Shown one piece after another: positions 1 to 9,443 of a stretch of DNA of 52,694 bases. Below the pieces are notes generated by a model. The model was given only the letters and a program-made list of their open reading frames with translations, searched no databases and was not told the origin of the DNA. Made by a program: the position numbers and the translations under genes. The DNA comes from a bacterium. Its GTDB lineage: Bacteria; Patescibacteriota; Minisyncoccia; UBA6257; Colwellbacteraceae. Each line of letters begins with the position of its first letter. The first letter of the stretch is position 1. The DNA lies in NCBI GenBank assembly GCA_021787205.1, contig JAJYME010000002.1:1-52694 (forward strand). The letters are read 5' to 3'.

Positions 1-241
1 GATCTATCTCCCATGGACACATTTTATGCATCGTTGTGCTTAGATATATGTTTTGACCGTCCAAAAATGCAAAATTTTCCATATATGGATATATTATTAT
101 AAAAATAAAGACGCGTAAAAGCGCGTCAAACAAAAAAGAGGAGGTAGCTTAGGTATTTCTCCGTTCGCGCCCTTCCTCGTCGTAATGGCTATATATTAAC
201 ATAAAGTTATCCACAGGTCAACGTCCTTGGATTGTAAAATC

Positions 242-266
242 AAAAACTCCCCTTTCGGGGAGTTTC
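242..266 (-). terminator. Intrinsic terminator downstream of the surface-protein gene
   Basis: AAACTCCCC-TTTC-GGGGAGTTT hairpin. The minus-strand reading is followed by a T-run. Confidence 0.75.
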
Positions 267-303
267 TATTATTGCTAAGTTCTTGAGACATAAGTCTCGC
301 TAA

Positions 304-3144
304 CTACGGCAATTGGACAGTGTTGACAGTGGCAGGAATAGTCCAGACGCCGGCAGCATATCCAACAGCACCATCAGGAGTGGCAACATCGTCGCCAGTT
401 CCGAAGTTGGCGTCGACACCGGCAGTGAGAGATCCGACAAGGACATCGCCAACGGCTTCAACAGACCACTGGAGCTGAGTGTTAGAAGCAAATTTAGAGG
501 TTGAAGTAGTATCAACAATCATCTTCAATTGCTTGGCTTCTCCAGAATTAATGGTGAAGCTAACATTGTGGAAAGTGACAGAGTTAGTAGCAGTATCAAC
601 AGTAACAACGGCAGGAGCTCCAGAGAGCAAGTTGCCATCTCCATCATAGAGCTTGAACAAAGCAGTGTCGCCATTGACGACGCTTCCGAGTCCAGTCTTT
701 GAAGTAAATTTGATTCTGTCGATAGTAGCAGCGGCTTGGGTTGAGTCATAGTTATTGACATCCCAAATACCGGTAACGGTCTGAGAACCACGAGAGATAG
801 ATCCGGAAGGAGTTCCAGAATTCTTCTGAATGGTCACAACCTTGGTGGCCGAGCTAAAGGTTCCTCCAGCATAAGGAGAAGCGATAACAAGGTTGAGGTT
901 GGCAGGATTGTAGGAAGTACCGGAATCCTGTCCGACAAAGGCAGAAGTAGCACCGACGATGTCAAAAGTGACAGAGGCGATAGCACCAGTACCATTGAAG
1001 TTGGCCTTGACTAAGATAGTCTTGTAAACACCCTTAGAGAAGATGATATCGCTAATGATGTTGTCGCTGCTGACAGTATAAGTGTCGGTAGCAGCATCAA
1101 GAGCAATGACATCAGTCAAAGCGGTGACGCCATCATCAGCGAACAAACGAACGCTGGTGACTTGGTCGTTGCCGTTGGCAACGTGAAGCTTTAAAGCGTT
1201 AAGCTTCATATCTTCGCGCTGAGCATAAACCTTGATAGCTCCAACAGTAACGCTGTTAGACGGAGCTAAGACAGCTTGGCTGTAGGGGGTCTTGGTGGAA
1301 TCAGCGGAAGGAGTGGCAATACCAGTCGGGTAGACAGTAATAGCAGTGGTAGAAATACCAGTTGAGCTATTAATGGTTTCACCGGAGGCAAGTCCGTATC
1401 CAGTAGCAGAAGACCAAGAAGCGATGACTGAAGTGGATCCAACAACACCTAAGGTGTTAGTGATACCCTTAACAGTCAAAACTTTAGTGGTTCCGGCAGG
1501 AACGGTAAAGTTCAATGAGAAAGCGTTAGCAGTCTCAGTGCTGACAGTCTTAAGATCAGAGATCAAAGAATCTCCATCATAAAGTCCGACAGAAGAAAGA
1601 TAATGAGTTGCATCAATGTTAGCAGTTCCATCAAAGGCAATGTTAACAGTGTTCAAGATGACATCTCCACCAGTGGCTTTGACATCAAACTTAGCAAGAT
1701 CCTTTCTATTGGTAGTTGTGATGATGTAGCTGTCAGATCCCTGAGGATGAGAGCTAGACATCGCAACAGAGAGGTTCTCATTACCAACGGTTAAATTGTC
1801 GGGAGTGGTATTGCTAGTTGAAGTGATATTGGTTCCGGAGGTGACTCCTCTTCCAACGACACCGCCAGCAGCAATGGAAGCGGAGAATCCTCCGGTTGAT
1901 TGCTCGGCAACATCAGCGAGGACTTCCAAGTTAACAGAAGCTCCCTTGGTCAAGCTGATAGGAGTAGCGAGATTGAAGGTCGCCTTCTTATTAGTGAAGG
2001 AGATAGGTCCAGCAATAACGCTAGTGTTTCCGACTTGTCTCAAACGGATGTTTGAAACGGTAGTGTCGGAACCATTGGTGCGGGTAACGATGACCTGATT
2101 GATGGCGATATCTTCGTTAGATCCGGCAGCGACGTTGAATCTTTCGACAACAACATCTTTTTCGCCAACCTTAACGGAGGTCTTCGGCAAAGAACCGAAT
2201 TGTCCAACAGTCAAACCACCAAGTTGTCCAGCAGGAACAATGGTGAAGCTATTGCCCATAACGGGGTAGTTACCAGTGAAGGTAGTTCCTCCGATAATAG
2301 CAGTAGCGGATTCAACACCATAACGAACAACAGCCATAGTATTGGCGTTAGAACCAATATTGGCAGTGACGGTAATAGTGCGTGAGCCATTCGCAGGAAT
2401 GGTCAAGGCCGGAACGATAACAAAGTTAACTTGGTTTCCGGCAGGAGTGCGATCGTTTCCGATTTGAACTCCATTTTCATCGAAGAGCTTAACAGCCATG
2501 ACATCACCATTAGGATCAGCAGACTTAGTAGCTTCGGTGGTTCCATAGGACTTAAGGGTCAAGCCAGTGACGGTGACAGCTTTGTCAGCAGCACCAGTCA
2601 AGGTGAACTTTAAGACTTGGTTGTTGGCAGAGCCCTTCTGAACGTTGGCAGAGGCAGCAGTATCTGAAGCCAAAGCAATGCTCAAAGGAGCAACTGAGGT
2701 AGTGGTAGTACCAGTGGTAGTACCAGTAGTGGTTCCAGCTTTAGCGTTTACAACGGCTCTAGTCTTAGGGCCAAAGTAACCGGAAGCAGGAGTGATTCCG
2801 TTGGCAGCCTGGTACTTAGCGAGAGCAGCCTTGGTAGCGTTACCAAAATAGGTAGATTCGCTTCCCTTGGAGCCGGCGCCAGTAGTGGCAACAACGAAAC
2901 CATTGTTGTTCAAGAAGACTTGCAAAGCCTTAACTTCTTCTCCCTTTGATCCGACAGTGAGGTCAGAGGTAAAGGTGGTTGAAGCAGCAGTGGAAGTGGT
3001 TCCTGAAACTTTATTGAGTTGAGCTTGGAGAGCCTGAATCTGAGCCATGAGCTCTTGGACGGTTTGCGCATTCGCAGAAGGCGCAACGGCGGCCAAAACA
3101 GCCAATGAAGCAGCGGCAGCTCCGAGTTTTTTTGAAATATTCAT
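304..3144 (-). CDS. Large secreted cell-surface protein (S-layer/adhesin-like). Has a signal peptide, a short coiled coil, a peptidoglycan-binding (PG_binding_1-like) domain, a TTG-repeat Thr/Gly linker and a long beta-rich T/S/V/N-rich region.
   Basis: 946-aa ORF with ATG at 3142-3144. The N-terminus MNISKKLGAAAASLAVLAAVAPSANA looks like a signal peptide. GSKGEEVKALQVFLNNNGF...KAALAKYQAANGITPASGYFGPKTRAVV fits the PG-binding repeat pattern. No catalytic motifs seen. Confidence 0.7.
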   Translation of the reverse strand: MNISKKLGAAAASLAVLAAVAPSANAQTVQELMAQIQALQAQLNKVSGTTSTAASTTFTSDLTVGSKGEEVKALQVFLNNNGFVVATTGAGSKGSESTYFGNATKAALAKYQAANGITPASGYFGPKTRAVVNAKAGTTTGTTTGTTTTSVAPLSIALASDTAASANVQKGSANNQVLKFTLTGAADKAVTVTGLTLKSYGTTEATKSADPNGDVMAVKLFDENGVQIGNDRTPAGNQVNFVIVPALTIPANGSRTITVTANIGSNANTMAVVRYGVESATAIIGGTTFTGNYPVMGNSFTIVPAGQLGGLTVGQFGSLPKTSVKVGEKDVVVERFNVAAGSNEDIAINQVIVTRTNGSDTTVSNIRLRQVGNTSVIAGPISFTNKKATFNLATPISLTKGASVNLEVLADVAEQSTGGFSASIAAGGVVGRGVTSGTNITSTSNTTPDNLTVGNENLSVAMSSSHPQGSDSYIITTTNRKDLAKFDVKATGGDVILNTVNIAFDGTANIDATHYLSSVGLYDGDSLISDLKTVSTETANAFSLNFTVPAGTTKVLTVKGITNTLGVVGSTSVIASWSSATGYGLASGETINSSTGISTTAITVYPTGIATPSADSTKTPYSQAVLAPSNSVTVGAIKVYAQREDMKLNALKLHVANGNDQVTSVRLFADDGVTALTDVIALDAATDTYTVSSDNIISDIIFSKGVYKTILVKANFNGTGAIASVTFDIVGATSAFVGQDSGTSYNPANLNLVIASPYAGGTFSSATKVVTIQKNSGTPSGSISRGSQTVTGIWDVNNYDSTQAAATIDRIKFTSKTGLGSVVNGDTALFKLYDGDGNLLSGAPAVVTVDTATNSVTFHNVSFTINSGEAKQLKMIVDTTSTSKFASNTQLQWSVEAVGDVLVGSLTAGVDANFGTGDDVATPDGAVGYAAGVWTIPATVNTVQLP

Positions 3145-3636
3145 TTCAGAATTAAAGTAAAAAGTGTTTTTTGTTTTTTTGTTTTTTTAAAAAATCGGAT
3201 AACAGAGACTCTTTCGCAATCGACCCGCCACTACCGCTTGTGAGGGAAGTAGAGCATGGCTTGTTACTTAAATCAGAGTTCTAAAAGCATTATTAGATTT
3301 TGGACGGCACCTTGATATAAAAATAAAAATGCCGCCGAAGTCGCTTAAAGCGTGGCGGTACTCTAAAAGGTGAAACTTAATTAAGATGCCAAAAACCTAG
3401 CAAAAATGCGAAGAATCTGGCTAAAATAGGGCTTAATTGCTTCACTAGAGCTTTGCCTCACTTCAAAGCTGAAGACCGGATTTTTGCCTCTAAGAGCCTT
3501 TTTGGAGGCCTCGCGGACTTTACCCGATCAATCGCTATTATAGCGACTCACTAACTATAACGCAATAAGGGGGCAAAAGGTTACAAAATCCCCGTCATCA
3601 CAGCGAGGATTCCCTGCCCCACTCTTATGGCGACGA

Positions 3637-4503
3637 TTAGAGCGGTTTGGGGGTAAATCCATAAAGGTCGGCGTAGGTTGCCCAAATGCCGGGACAGACG
3701 GAGAAATAGCGGCATTCTTGACATTTCTCCGGTTTTGTTTTGCTAAAAGTCTCTGATTCGTCCCCGGTATGCTCGATAGCGTATTGGCGGTTAGCCTCGT
3801 CCAAAAGGCAGAAAGGATAAGCGATGGAACGAAAGGATCGCCAACCTTCCTTGCCGGTCTGGGAAGACCCCAAGTCGTTTTTAGCCAAAACGGCGTTAAG
3901 GAAGGGGGCGGTTTCCTCGATCGAGGGAATCATCTCCGCCAGGTGGTTCATCGCCTCGCCGGCGGGGTGGACAAAGCAGAATTGGACATCAGTGACGCCG
4001 AGATCAAGCAAAAAATCCGCTAATTCCGGCAAATAACCATAGTTTGGGCGGCAAACGACGACATTAACCTTGGCAGGAATGCCGAGCGCTCTTACATTCT
4101 TGATTCCCTGGACCGTCTCCTCAAAGCTGCCCTTAACTCCGGTTATAGCCTCGTGGATCATAGCCGTGTGCCCATTCAGGGAAAAAATGATTTCAAAGTT
4201 CTTGATTTTGGAGAGGGCTTCGGCAAAACCTTTGTCGGCTAGGCGACGGCCATTGGTCTTGAGGGTGATCTTCTCAAAGCCCAAGCTTTCGGCGAAGCGG
4301 ATAATATCCAAAATATCGGGGCGGATGCTTGCCTCTCCCCCGCTTAGGGAAAGGTTAGCATAACCTTGATCCTTCACTTCTTTGATTTTCGCTTTGATAT
4401 CAGCCAAGGAGCGGGCGGCCAAAGACTTGATATCCTCGCGCATGCAGATCAGGCAACGGTTATTGCAGCCGGTATTCACCAGGATAAGCGCCGTATTGTT
4501 CAT
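3637..4503 (-). CDS. Radical SAM protein with a C-terminal Cys-rich (SPASM/twitch-like) segment
   Basis: N-terminal CNNRCLIC (CxxxCxxC) 4Fe-4S/SAM motif, a GGE motif (SLSGGEASI), and C-terminal CQECRYFSVCPGIW. ATG at 4501-4503. Confidence 0.8.
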   Translation of the reverse strand: MNNTALILVNTGCNNRCLICMREDIKSLAARSLADIKAKIKEVKDQGYANLSLSGGEASIRPDILDIIRFAESLGFEKITLKTNGRRLADKGFAEALSKIKNFEIIFSLNGHTAMIHEAITGVKGSFEETVQGIKNVRALGIPAKVNVVVCRPNYGYLPELADFLLDLGVTDVQFCFVHPAGEAMNHLAEMIPSIEETAPFLNAVLAKNDLGSSQTGKEGWRSFRSIAYPFCLLDEANRQYAIEHTGDESETFSKTKPEKCQECRYFSVCPGIWATYADLYGFTPKPL

Positions 4504-4528
4504 AAATTAATTTTATATCAAGGAAATA

Positions 4529-4557
4529 AAAAACACATCCCTGAAGGATGTGTTTTT
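4529..4557 (-). terminator. Bidirectional hairpin terminator between the HTH protein gene and the radical SAM gene
   Basis: AAAAACACATCC-CTGAA-GGATGTGTTTTT. Confidence 0.75.
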
Positions 4558-4561
4558 TCCG

Positions 4562-5380
4562 TTATTCCCCGGGAAGGGAATAATTATTGGTAGAAATCCG
4601 TTTGAAAGTCCCGACTGTTTCCATTTTCTTAGGCGGGACGGGCTCGAAGATACTCGAAGCGATCGGCGCAGCGACTGGCGCGGCTGAGGGATTGCCCAGA
4701 AGAAGGAAATAAAAACGGTTCTGACCCTGCCTGATGACATCAACCCGACCTTCCCGGACGAGGATATCCAAGGCGCGGCGAACAGTGCGGGAGCTGACAT
4801 CAGGGAAAGCCGTTTCCAATTCCCTGAAATTGACTTTGTTGCCCGAACTCAAGAAATCAACGATTCTCTCCGGGTCAAAGACCGGACGGCGGCCGGAAGG
4901 AACGGTCGGTTCGCCATCATTCCTTACGTAATCGCCATAATTGCCAAAGGACTCGTTATCGATCTCATATCGGCCGGCATCATCAGAGAAAGAGACAGGA
5001 GACGGAATTCCCGCCGCCGGATCGGCGCTTTGCGGCGCATCCGGAACAGCGGGAGACAAGTCCGAAACGACATCAGAAAAAGAGAACATCGGCGAGATAT
5101 CAAGAGAAACGGCCTTCTCCGCTTCTTTAGAGACTAACCTCTGGAGATTATCCAGCTCTCTTATCAAGACTTCAATATTGACTGGCTTAACCACTCGCAA
5201 GGAACCGCAGAAAAGGACGATATTCTTGATGTGATCAATCTTCGGGCCGACATTTTCTTCAGAAACAAGCAAAATGGCCGCATTCTCAAATGCATCCCTG
5301 ATTTTTTGGTTTTTAATTATTTCCGCTACCCGGAACATCGCCCCAGCGATTTCCCGGGAAAGAACCAGTATGCCCGACAT
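4562..5380 (-). CDS. Hypothetical protein with a C-terminal winged-helix DNA-binding-like segment
   Basis: 272-aa ORF with ATG start. The C-terminal SRTVRRALDILVREGRVDVIRQGQNRFYFLL resembles a wHTH recognition helix plus wing. The central region is Pro/Asp-rich and low-complexity. Confidence 0.45.
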   Translation of the reverse strand: MSGILVLSREIAGAMFRVAEIIKNQKIRDAFENAAILLVSEENVGPKIDHIKNIVLFCGSLRVVKPVNIEVLIRELDNLQRLVSKEAEKAVSLDISPMFSFSDVVSDLSPAVPDAPQSADPAAGIPSPVSFSDDAGRYEIDNESFGNYGDYVRNDGEPTVPSGRRPVFDPERIVDFLSSGNKVNFRELETAFPDVSSRTVRRALDILVREGRVDVIRQGQNRFYFLLLGNPSAAPVAAPIASSIFEPVPPKKMETVGTFKRISTNNYSLPGE

Positions 5381-5425
5381 CGTCTTATATATAAATCAAA
5401 GTCAGGGTTTTTTCAATGGTGACGG

Positions 5426-5947
5426 CTATAGCCTGACGCCTAAAAGATAAGGCAAGAGAAGGGCGATGGCGGCGGCGTAGACAGCGTCAAACCAAAAGAA
5501 GCGGAGATAATTGGCAAGCTTGAAAATCAAAGCAAAAAGATAAGCAAAGGGTATGAGGAGACCCAAGAAGCGGGCGTGCTTCACGTAGTCGACAAAGTTG
5601 TCCATATCCTCATTGCTCGGAAAGGCGTGCATGCCGATAGAGATCGAGACCCACATCAGAAGCCAGAAGGGCCAAGTCCGAGCGGGAAAAAAATAAAAGG
5701 CGGAAACGGAGGAAAGAAAACAGAACAAGGTGTTAAGGATGAACGGGCCGACGGAAATCAAGAAGGAACTCTTGAGACTGTCTGGCGCGCCATGGACGAC
5801 ATAGCCGGCAGGATTGCCGAAGCGGAAATAGCGAACCTTATAAACCGGCACGCCCAACTCATCGGCAAAAAACTTATGCCCCATCTCGTGGACGATGACG
5901 CCGGGAAAAGTAAGAAAGGAAATGACAGAACCGGGAATCAAAAACAT
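5426..5947 (-). CDS. Integral-membrane putative zinc metallopeptidase (DUF3267-like)
   Basis: HEMGH (HExxH) motif near the N-terminus, followed by several hydrophobic helices. 173 aa. Confidence 0.6.
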   Translation of the reverse strand: MFLIPGSVISFLTFPGVIVHEMGHKFFADELGVPVYKVRYFRFGNPAGYVVHGAPDSLKSSFLISVGPFILNTLFCFLSSVSAFYFFPARTWPFWLLMWVSISIGMHAFPSNEDMDNFVDYVKHARFLGLLIPFAYLFALIFKLANYLRFFWFDAVYAAAIALLLPYLLGVRL

Positions 5948-5969
5948 AAGATCATTTTATCACAGAAAA

Positions 5970-5995
5970 CAAAAAACTCCCTTTCGGGAGTCTTT
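5970..5995 (-). terminator. Intrinsic terminator
   Basis: ACTCCC-TTTC-GGGAGT hairpin. The minus-strand reading is followed by TTTTTT. Confidence 0.75.
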
Positions 5996-6711
5996 TAATA
6001 AAAAAGAATAATGACGGAAACGATAAGGGCGATGATCGGCATAGAGATTACGGCAAACAAGCGATTCTTCTCAAACAACTCCCCTTTGTGATGGGCGATG
6101 ATCGCAAGGACAATGGGGACGACAAACAGGAGGGAAAGAATCGTCTTTGCGACAACCTGGGCAATATCGGAGACAACCATTCCAGAGAACAGGATGGAGA
6201 CGCTCCAGACGATTTCAAAGGTTGAGAGGACGACAAACGAAGAAGAAATCAAAGCCTTGTCCTTCACCTGGAACATGGAGAATAAATCATAAGCGCAAGC
6301 GAAAACCATCAAAAGAAGCAGATAGATCGGCACCTCGCCGGCGAAAAAGCCGCCAAAACAGACGGTGACGACAAAGAAAGACAGGACGCTCAAGGCGAAC
6401 TCCCGATTAGCAACGGCGTAATCCTTGATCAAAAACAGAAGCAGAAGGGTATCGAAGCCATAAGCAAAGCCCCAGTAGCCGCCAAAGGTATTCTGGACGA
6501 CAAAGATGGAATAAATCGAAGCGATGCCCGTAAGCAAGAAGCCGGAGACGGAAGAAAACAGGAAAAGGGAGGCGACGATGAATCCCAAGATGCTGACCCA
6601 GAAGGAGACCAGGGAGAACAACAAGGCCAAAAAGAAGGCCTTGGTCCCGGATCGGACCTTCTGGGTCTCAATCCAAACACTAATTAGTTTTTTGATTTTG
6701 CCTGATTGCAC
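5995..6711 (-). CDS. Polytopic membrane protein, function unknown
   Basis: 238-aa ORF, almost entirely hydrophobic helices. The start at 6709-6711 is GTG and overlaps the clpB stop by 28 nt, so the start is uncertain. Confidence 0.5.
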   Translation of the reverse strand: MQSGKIKKLISVWIETQKVRSGTKAFFLALLFSLVSFWVSILGFIVASLFLFSSVSGFLLTGIASIYSIFVVQNTFGGYWGFAYGFDTLLLLFLIKDYAVANREFALSVLSFFVVTVCFGGFFAGEVPIYLLLLMVFACAYDLFSMFQVKDKALISSSFVVLSTFEIVWSVSILFSGMVVSDIAQVVAKTILSLLFVVPIVLAIIAHHKGELFEKNRLFAVISMPIIALIVSVIILFY

Positions 6712-9341
6712 GTTACTTTTATTTCGGAATCGTTAAAAGAAATCTTGACTTTGGAATCTTGTTTTATCTCGCCGCGGATCATCTTGTCCGCCAATTTATC
6801 CAAGACGTATTTCTGGATGAAGCGTTTTATCGGGCGAGCGCCGAACTCCGGATCAAAACCGTTTTCGGTAATGTATTTCTTGGTATTGGAATCAAAGGAA
6901 ATCTTCACTCCCTTATCCTCCAGACGCTTCGTCACCTCGGAAAGTTGGATATCGACGATCTTGCTGATATCGGTCTTGGTCAAAGAATGGAAAACGATGA
7001 TATCATCAAGCCTGTTCAAGAACTCCGGACGGAAATGATTTTTCAAGGAGTCCTTAAGCTTGATCTGATAATCCTTCTCCTTCTCGCTCACCTCGTCATC
7101 AGAAGACGAAGAGAAGCCAAAACGGGACATCTCTTTTGTCAGCTCCGAGCCGACATTCGAGGTAAGGATGATGATGGTGTTTTTGAAATTGACGATCTTG
7201 CCCTTGGAGTCAGTAAGACGACCGTTGTCCAAGACCTGAAGCAGGATGTTAAAGACTTCCGGATTAGCTTTTTCGATTTCATCAAAGAGAATAAGGCTGT
7301 ACGGCCTGTGGCGGATCATCTCCGTCAGCTGGCCGCCTTCCTCATGACCGACATAGCCCGGAGGAGAGCCGACAAGACGCGAGACGTTATGGCGTTCCAT
7401 ATATTCGGACATATCAATCCTGATCAAGGCGTCCTCCTTGTTGAACATGAACTTTGCCAAGGCGCGAGCGAGCTCGGTCTTACCGACACCAGTCGGCCCT
7501 AAGAACATAAAGGAACCAAGGGGGCGATTAGGATCGGCGAGGCCGGCGCGGGCGCGGCGAAGGGCGTTTGAGATAGCCCCGATTGCCTCTTCCTGGCCGA
7601 CGACACTCTTACCTAACTCATCTTCAATGCGGACAAGCTTCTCCATTTCCGATTCCAGGAGATTCGCGACCGGAATGCCAGTCCAGCGGGCAATGACATC
7701 GGCGACATCTTCCTTCTCGACTGCCTCTCTAGAGAATCTGGCTTCTTCAGTCTTCTTGTTAAAATATTTTCTTTCGTAAGCGAGCAAGTCCTTCTCTGCC
7801 TGAGGCAACTCGCCATAGCGGACTCTGGCGACACGTTCGAGATCAGCTTGGCGTTCAGCAACTTCAGCCTCCTGCTTCAGCTCGTCGACACGACGTCTGA
7901 GATTCCTCATATTTTCCCCAGCCATACGTTCGGCTGACCACTCGGCATTCAATTCATCATACTTGGCGTGAAGCTCGGAAAGGGATTTTTTGACTTCCTT
8001 CAAACGGGCGGCGGATTTGGTCTTGGTAGCTTCAGGGATAAGAGCTTTTTCTTCGATTTCCAAGCCGGTAATCTCCTTTTTAAGCTTAGCGATATCCTGA
8101 GGAACCGAATCGGTTTCCAATTTTCTGGCGGCGGCGGCCTCGTCAATGACATCGACAGCCTTATCCGGCAAGAACCTGTCGGTAATATAGCGGGAGGAGA
8201 GCTGGACGGCGGAGATGATAGCTTCATCGGAAATCTTGAGGCCGTGATGGGCTTCATATTTTTCCTTCAAGCCGCGCAAGATATTGACCGAATCCTCGAT
8301 GGAAGGTTCCTCGACGACAATCGGTTGGAATCTCCTCTCCAAAGCCGCGTCTTTCTCAATATATTTTTGGTATTCCTTGGTGGTGGTGGCGCCAACAGCG
8401 TGAAGCTCACCCCTGGCCAAAGCGGGCTTTAAGAGATTCGAGGCATCAATCGCCCCTTCGGCGCCGCCGGCGCCGACAATGGTATGGATCTCATCGATGA
8501 AAAGAATGTACTTTCCGGCAGCATTCTTGATTTCCTTGACGAAGGCCTTCAACCTGTCCTCAAATTCGCCGCGGAACTTCGTCCCGGCGACAAGAGAACC
8601 GATATCAAGGGACAAGATTTCCTTGTTCTTCAAAGTTTCAGGGACATCGCCGGAAACGATACGTCGCGCGAGACCTTCGACGATGGCGGTCTTTCCGACT
8701 CCCGGTTCGCCGATCAGGACGGGATTATTCTTGGTGCGTCGGGACAAGACCTGGATGACTCTCGTCAATTCATCTTCCCTGCCGATCAAAGGATCAAGCT
8801 TTCCGGCCTTCGCCTTGTCGGTAAGATTCTCGGCGTATTTTTCCAGGACTTTGAATTTGGATTCCGGGGCTTCGTCGGTAATACGGACATTGCCACGCAG
8901 TTCCGCCAGGGATCTGACGATGATGTCTTTTTTGAGACCAAAATTCTCCAAGATGGTCTTGGCTTGGGTCTGAAGATCGGAAAGAGCGAGGAACATATGC
9001 TCGGTCGAGATAAACTCGTCCTTAGAGAGACGGGCAAACTTGGCAGAAAGATCTAAGATCTGGACGGCTTCCTGGGAAAGATAGAGCTGGGAGTTGGAAA
9101 CGACTTCGGTGTGGGTTTTCGGATAGCGATTCATCTCCTTATTAATCTCATCCTCGAGCTCAATCAGGTCAATTCCCGCTTTTTCCAAAATCGGCTGGAC
9201 CAAGGAATCGGGGTCCTGAATCAAAGACAACAGAAGATGCAGGGCGCGAAACTCGCCGTGACCCTCGCCGGAGGCGATATCTTGCGCATACTGGATCGCT
9301 TCTTGAGCTTTAATTGTAAAACGGTTTTGATTATTGTTCAT
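6684..9341 (-). CDS. clpB: ATP-dependent chaperone/disaggregase ClpB
   Basis: Clp_N repeats; two AAA+ modules (GEPGVGKTAIVEGLA and GPTGVGKTELARALA Walker A; LFIDEIH Walker B); long coiled-coil middle domain. 885 aa. Confidence 0.95.
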   Translation of the reverse strand: MNNNQNRFTIKAQEAIQYAQDIASGEGHGEFRALHLLLSLIQDPDSLVQPILEKAGIDLIELEDEINKEMNRYPKTHTEVVSNSQLYLSQEAVQILDLSAKFARLSKDEFISTEHMFLALSDLQTQAKTILENFGLKKDIIVRSLAELRGNVRITDEAPESKFKVLEKYAENLTDKAKAGKLDPLIGREDELTRVIQVLSRRTKNNPVLIGEPGVGKTAIVEGLARRIVSGDVPETLKNKEILSLDIGSLVAGTKFRGEFEDRLKAFVKEIKNAAGKYILFIDEIHTIVGAGGAEGAIDASNLLKPALARGELHAVGATTTKEYQKYIEKDAALERRFQPIVVEEPSIEDSVNILRGLKEKYEAHHGLKISDEAIISAVQLSSRYITDRFLPDKAVDVIDEAAAARKLETDSVPQDIAKLKKEITGLEIEEKALIPEATKTKSAARLKEVKKSLSELHAKYDELNAEWSAERMAGENMRNLRRRVDELKQEAEVAERQADLERVARVRYGELPQAEKDLLAYERKYFNKKTEEARFSREAVEKEDVADVIARWTGIPVANLLESEMEKLVRIEDELGKSVVGQEEAIGAISNALRRARAGLADPNRPLGSFMFLGPTGVGKTELARALAKFMFNKEDALIRIDMSEYMERHNVSRLVGSPPGYVGHEEGGQLTEMIRHRPYSLILFDEIEKANPEVFNILLQVLDNGRLTDSKGKIVNFKNTIIILTSNVGSELTKEMSRFGFSSSSDDEVSEKEKDYQIKLKDSLKNHFRPEFLNRLDDIIVFHSLTKTDISKIVDIQLSEVTKRLEDKGVKISFDSNTKKYITENGFDPEFGARPIKRFIQKYVLDKLADKMIRGEIKQDSKVKISFNDSEIKVTCNQAKSKN

Positions 9342-9404
9342 TTACTTAAATGTATTATTGCAGAAAACTGTTCTGTAGGAAAGTATAACATATTAATCAT
9401 ACTG

Positions 9405-9432
9405 TCAAATAAAATCCGCCCTCGGAGGCGGA
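9405..9432 (-). terminator. Intrinsic terminator of htrA
   Basis: TCCGCC...GGCGGA hairpin with a T-run on the minus strand. Confidence 0.75.
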
Positions 9433-9443
9433 CTTTATTTTAT

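Noticed and set aside
3360-3630. RNase P RNA or tmRNA in the long spacer
   Set aside because: The minus strand has GGGUAAAGUCCGCGAGG (reminiscent of RNase P CR-I GAGGAAAGUCCGG). It also has a 5' GGGGCAGGGAAUCC...GAUGACGGGGAU (reminiscent of a tmRNA 5' end). The other universally conserved blocks (ACAGAA.CCGGCUUA; T-arm plus ...CCA acceptor; a tag ORF ending in ..AA-stop) are absent, and the length is too short.
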